Positions 61,203-64,000 of a stretch of 64,000 nucleotides of DNA are shown piece by piece. Within the stretch, counting starts at the first letter, position 1. Each line of letters starts with the position of its first letter. The DNA lies in NCBI GenBank assembly GCA_963828525.1, contig CAWHEP010000011.1, forward strand, positions 32,001 to 96,000, written 5' to 3'. Both the position numbers and the translations under genes were made by a program. Source of the stretch: an uncultured Verrucomicrobiae bacterium (GTDB lineage Bacteria; Verrucomicrobiota; Verrucomicrobiia; Chthoniobacterales; Chthoniobacteraceae). Below the pieces are notes generated by a model. It was not told the origin of the DNA. It saw only the letters and a program-made list of their open reading frames with translations, and searched no databases.

Positions 61203-63211
61203 TCGGCGTTGGGTGGAGAGGCTCGTTCCTTGTATTTGCTTCGCTGATCGCGCGCGTCGCGTATAGCGCCGAGGATCCCGGCTGGGCGGTGAAAAGCGCG
61301 CCATATCGCGCGGTAATCAGAGCTGGCGAACCGCCGCATCACGCGGATGCTGGTTTTTCCATCTCGCTTCCGGGGATAGGATTGGCGAATCCCAATATCG
61401 AAGTCACGGATGAGGCCGCCGGGCTGTTCCGTCGTTTACCGCATGGCACTCGGATTTACTAGGTTCAGTAGTCCTGGCGCAAGGACTGGTTCCTCAAGCC
61501 ACCTATTATGTATATATCGGCCGGAAAGCAGGGCCAGATTGGACGCCAAAGCTCAGCCTGTTGTTCGAGACACGCACCGCTCCCGCCTCTGATGCTGTTT
61601 ACAAGGACTGGTCTGAACTATCGAGCGCGTGGAGGCGCGCTGGCGCCAGTGATGGCGCGGAGTTTGTCGGGAAAATCGTTGGTGGCCTGAACCCTTTCGG
61701 AGAACAGTTGAATTTCCTGTCGCACTACTCGGGATGGTTGCTCCCGCCCCAAGGCGATCTCGTCCTTTATACCCTTTCGTCGGACGCCTCCTTCATCTTT
61801 GCGGACGACAAGCTCGTGTTGCAATGGCCTGGCGTCCATGGGGGGAAAAGCTATGAAAACAACGCGCATAAAGCCGCCGTGCCGAACACGGGCGGGCCGA
61901 TCAAGATCGATTACTATCAGGGCAAAGGCGGCGAGGGCGCTCCTCAATCAGCGCTCGGGTGGAAAACCCCGGGAGGCCTGAAAATCATTCAGCCAGACTG
62001 CTGGCTTCACCCTGGGACCTGTGAGATCACCCGTTTTGAGGCGCAGGGGAAGCCGCTGCCGGTTGCGACTCTGAATTTAGTGTCCTACCTGGGATGGGCC
62101 GGCCAGTGGCTCTACGAGGTAAAATGCGCGCTTGAGCCCGCCGCGCTTTCTGGCTGGGATATCGAATGGCATTTCTCTGATGGCGCGGTTTTCAAGGGTC
62201 CGCAGTGCGCCCGGATCGTCGCCGATTCCGTTCGACAAGTTGTTACGGTACAAGCCCGAAGGGGCGGAGAACTGACTCAAACGTCGCAGCGCATGCCAGC
62301 TTTTGGGGCTCCTTCCAAAAACGCGCGTGAAGCGGGGAACGATGGATATCTGGAGAAACTGCGGCTGGAATCGCCTGCGCATTGGAGCGCGGCAGGGCTC
62401 GGCGCTGTGATGCCGTTTCTCACAGAGTTTGGCAGTGACGCGGATGTCGCGCCCTTCGCGGAGGCATGGTTCAAGTTGCGACCTGCTCCGTCGAATCCCT
62501 CGTGGCTTCCCGCGCAACTAGCGCGTTTGCGCTTCCGGGCGCAGGCTGACCCAAAAGGAGCAATGGCAGAATTGCGCGCCATCGACTCCGCTGCCAGGGG
62601 ATTGTATGAGAAGCAACTCAGTCTGTTCGAGATCGATCTCCTTGTTTACTTTCTTCATGATCCAACGGCGGTTGGTCGAGCGCAACAGGCAGCCCTTCTC
62701 TATCCGGATTCGGCCGAAGGCAAACTGGCTCGCATCCGCGTTGGGGATTATTACCGGCTCGCCGGAGATGTTCTCGAAGGCAGCCCTGCAGTACGCGGCA
62801 GCGCAACCGCTGGACGCGTCAGGAGGGCGCAAGCTTCCCGCGCAGGACCAGGCATTCTCCATGACGATTCGCGACATGATCGACAACGAATATAGTCACG
62901 AGGCCGACGCGAAGCTGCGCGAGTGGGAATTGAACCATCCCATGGCGAAGCTTACCACTGACTTCCTTCTTCTGCGCAGTCGCGTGCTGATGCTGTTTGG
63001 ACGCTGGCGTGAAGCGCGAGGAGAACTCGAGGCTTTCGCCGCCACTCATCCAGACAGCCCCTACCAGATCGAGGCGGATTACTATCGCGCTCGCGCGTTG
63101 TTTGAATTGGGCGGCAAGGAGGAGGCGAGAAAGATCTGGCTTGATCTCGCCCGGCAGTACCCACGCCACGAACTAGCCAACCCCAGCAGGGAGTGGGCAG
63201 CAAAGCCATGA
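61199..63211 (+). CDS. Exported PA14-like / PKD-like / TPR protein (2-3 frameshifts)
   Basis: NFLSHYSGWL...SSDASFIFADDKLV (PA14-like), WHFSDG, C-terminal TPR EADYYRARALFELG..EARKIW..LARQYP. Confidence 0.75.
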
Positions 63212-63894
63212 ATTGCCGAGCCGGTTATCTCGTGATCCTTCTCGCGATTTGCTGCGAGGGTGTATTTGCGGACACTGTTCAGCGTATCTACACCGCGCCG
63301 GATCCCACTTCGCAAGGCGGTATCACTGGGTCGGTCAGTTTGCCCGTGACTCACGCCATTGCCATTGAACATGGCCACACAAAGGTCTATCGGGCCGGCA
63401 TGACGGATGGCGGGAAAACATTCCTTTTCGAACATCTTCCCATCGGCAAATACGACATCGTTTTGGTCACAGCGAGTGGAGCTGTCTTCGAAGGACTGGC
63501 TTTAGGAAATGAGCATCCAACTCTTTCCGCGGCGTCTTCCGCGAACCTGATCAAGCGGGTGGCCGCGCAGGACGCGTTCTTCAACCGCTACGTGACGCAT
63601 CGCCTTGGCTACGAGGGTGAGAATGCCTTCGCTTTTGTGGAACGCATCCGGGATAATCCAACATTGACGCAGGCCGGCGAACTGATGAAAGTGTCGTTGA
63701 GACGGCTCGAACTCATGGAGCTGGCTTCCGCTCAGGATGATTGGCAGTTGACTACCACACGGCATATTTACCGAGAAGAGGCTCCGCTGGGTAGGATTCC
63801 ATTCTTTGCTCATAAATATCTTCCTGAACTCGGGAACATTCGGGTCATCGACGCGGTGAAGAAGCTGGGCACAATCCCGCTCCTAATAAATTGA
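63208..63894 (+). CDS. Exported hypothetical protein with carboxypeptidase-regulatory-like domain
   Basis: Signal peptide, GGITGSV, FLFEHLPIGKYDI. Confidence 0.65.
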   Translation: MNCRAGYLVILLAICCEGVFADTVQRIYTAPDPTSQGGITGSVSLPVTHAIAIEHGHTKVYRAGMTDGGKTFLFEHLPIGKYDIVLVTASGAVFEGLALGNEHPTLSAASSANLIKRVAAQDAFFNRYVTHRLGYEGENAFAFVERIRDNPTLTQAGELMKVSLRRLELMELASAQDDWQLTTTRHIYREEAPLGRIPFFAHKYLPELGNIRVIDAVKKLGTIPLLIN

Positions 63895-63942
63895 ACGAGG
63901 CTATAAAGCCGCTTTCAGACACCATTCAACAATCCAATCCCC

Positions 63943-64000
63943 ATGCCTCACATCCGTCTTCTTACCGGAGCTGATCAGGACCGCATCCTGCAACTTGACG
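63943..64000 (+). CDS. Start of next gene (truncated), possibly FHA-domain
   Basis: MPHIRLLTGADQDRILQLD after an A/C-rich leader; only 19 codons visible. Confidence 0.4.
   Translation, partial: MPHIRLLTGADQDRILQLD

Overview
GC-rich (about 60% by eye) bacterial chromosome segment. It is most consistent with Verrucomicrobiota/PVC, an inference from gene content (DUF5069, DUF4159/BatA cluster, CsgG-like domains) and weak Shine-Dalgarno signals. 1-26 kb: housekeeping and transport genes (proA, rsmD, waaA, pyrD, mnmE, hisC, FadL porin, GH95-like hydrolase, aquaporin, MgtC, ClC) and an ECF sigma factor fused to a membrane domain. 26.3-32.5 kb: one operon encoding a caa3-type oxidase (subunit I-III fusion) and a low-potential Rieske/cytochrome b-c complex. 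32.5-48 kb: accessory region with three type II TA modules plus an orphan DUF433, small hypotheticals and tRNA-Arg(TCT). It also holds the best candidate for an undescribed system: an ECF sigma/anti-sigma/secreted protein/CsgG-like operon facing a ~1,730-aa exported CsgG-like/ankyrin protein, with back-to-back CCGCCAAGGAT-N14-CGTC promoter motifs between them. 49.5-64 kb: a large DUF4159/DUF58/BatA-vWA/GATase1/DUF4175-type envelope operon that runs off the window. Roughly 15-18 single-base frameshifts, including one in mnmE, look like long-read consensus errors. No integrase, transposase, reverse transcriptase, CRISPR array or rRNA was recognised. All family assignments are from motif recognition by eye, not database searches.
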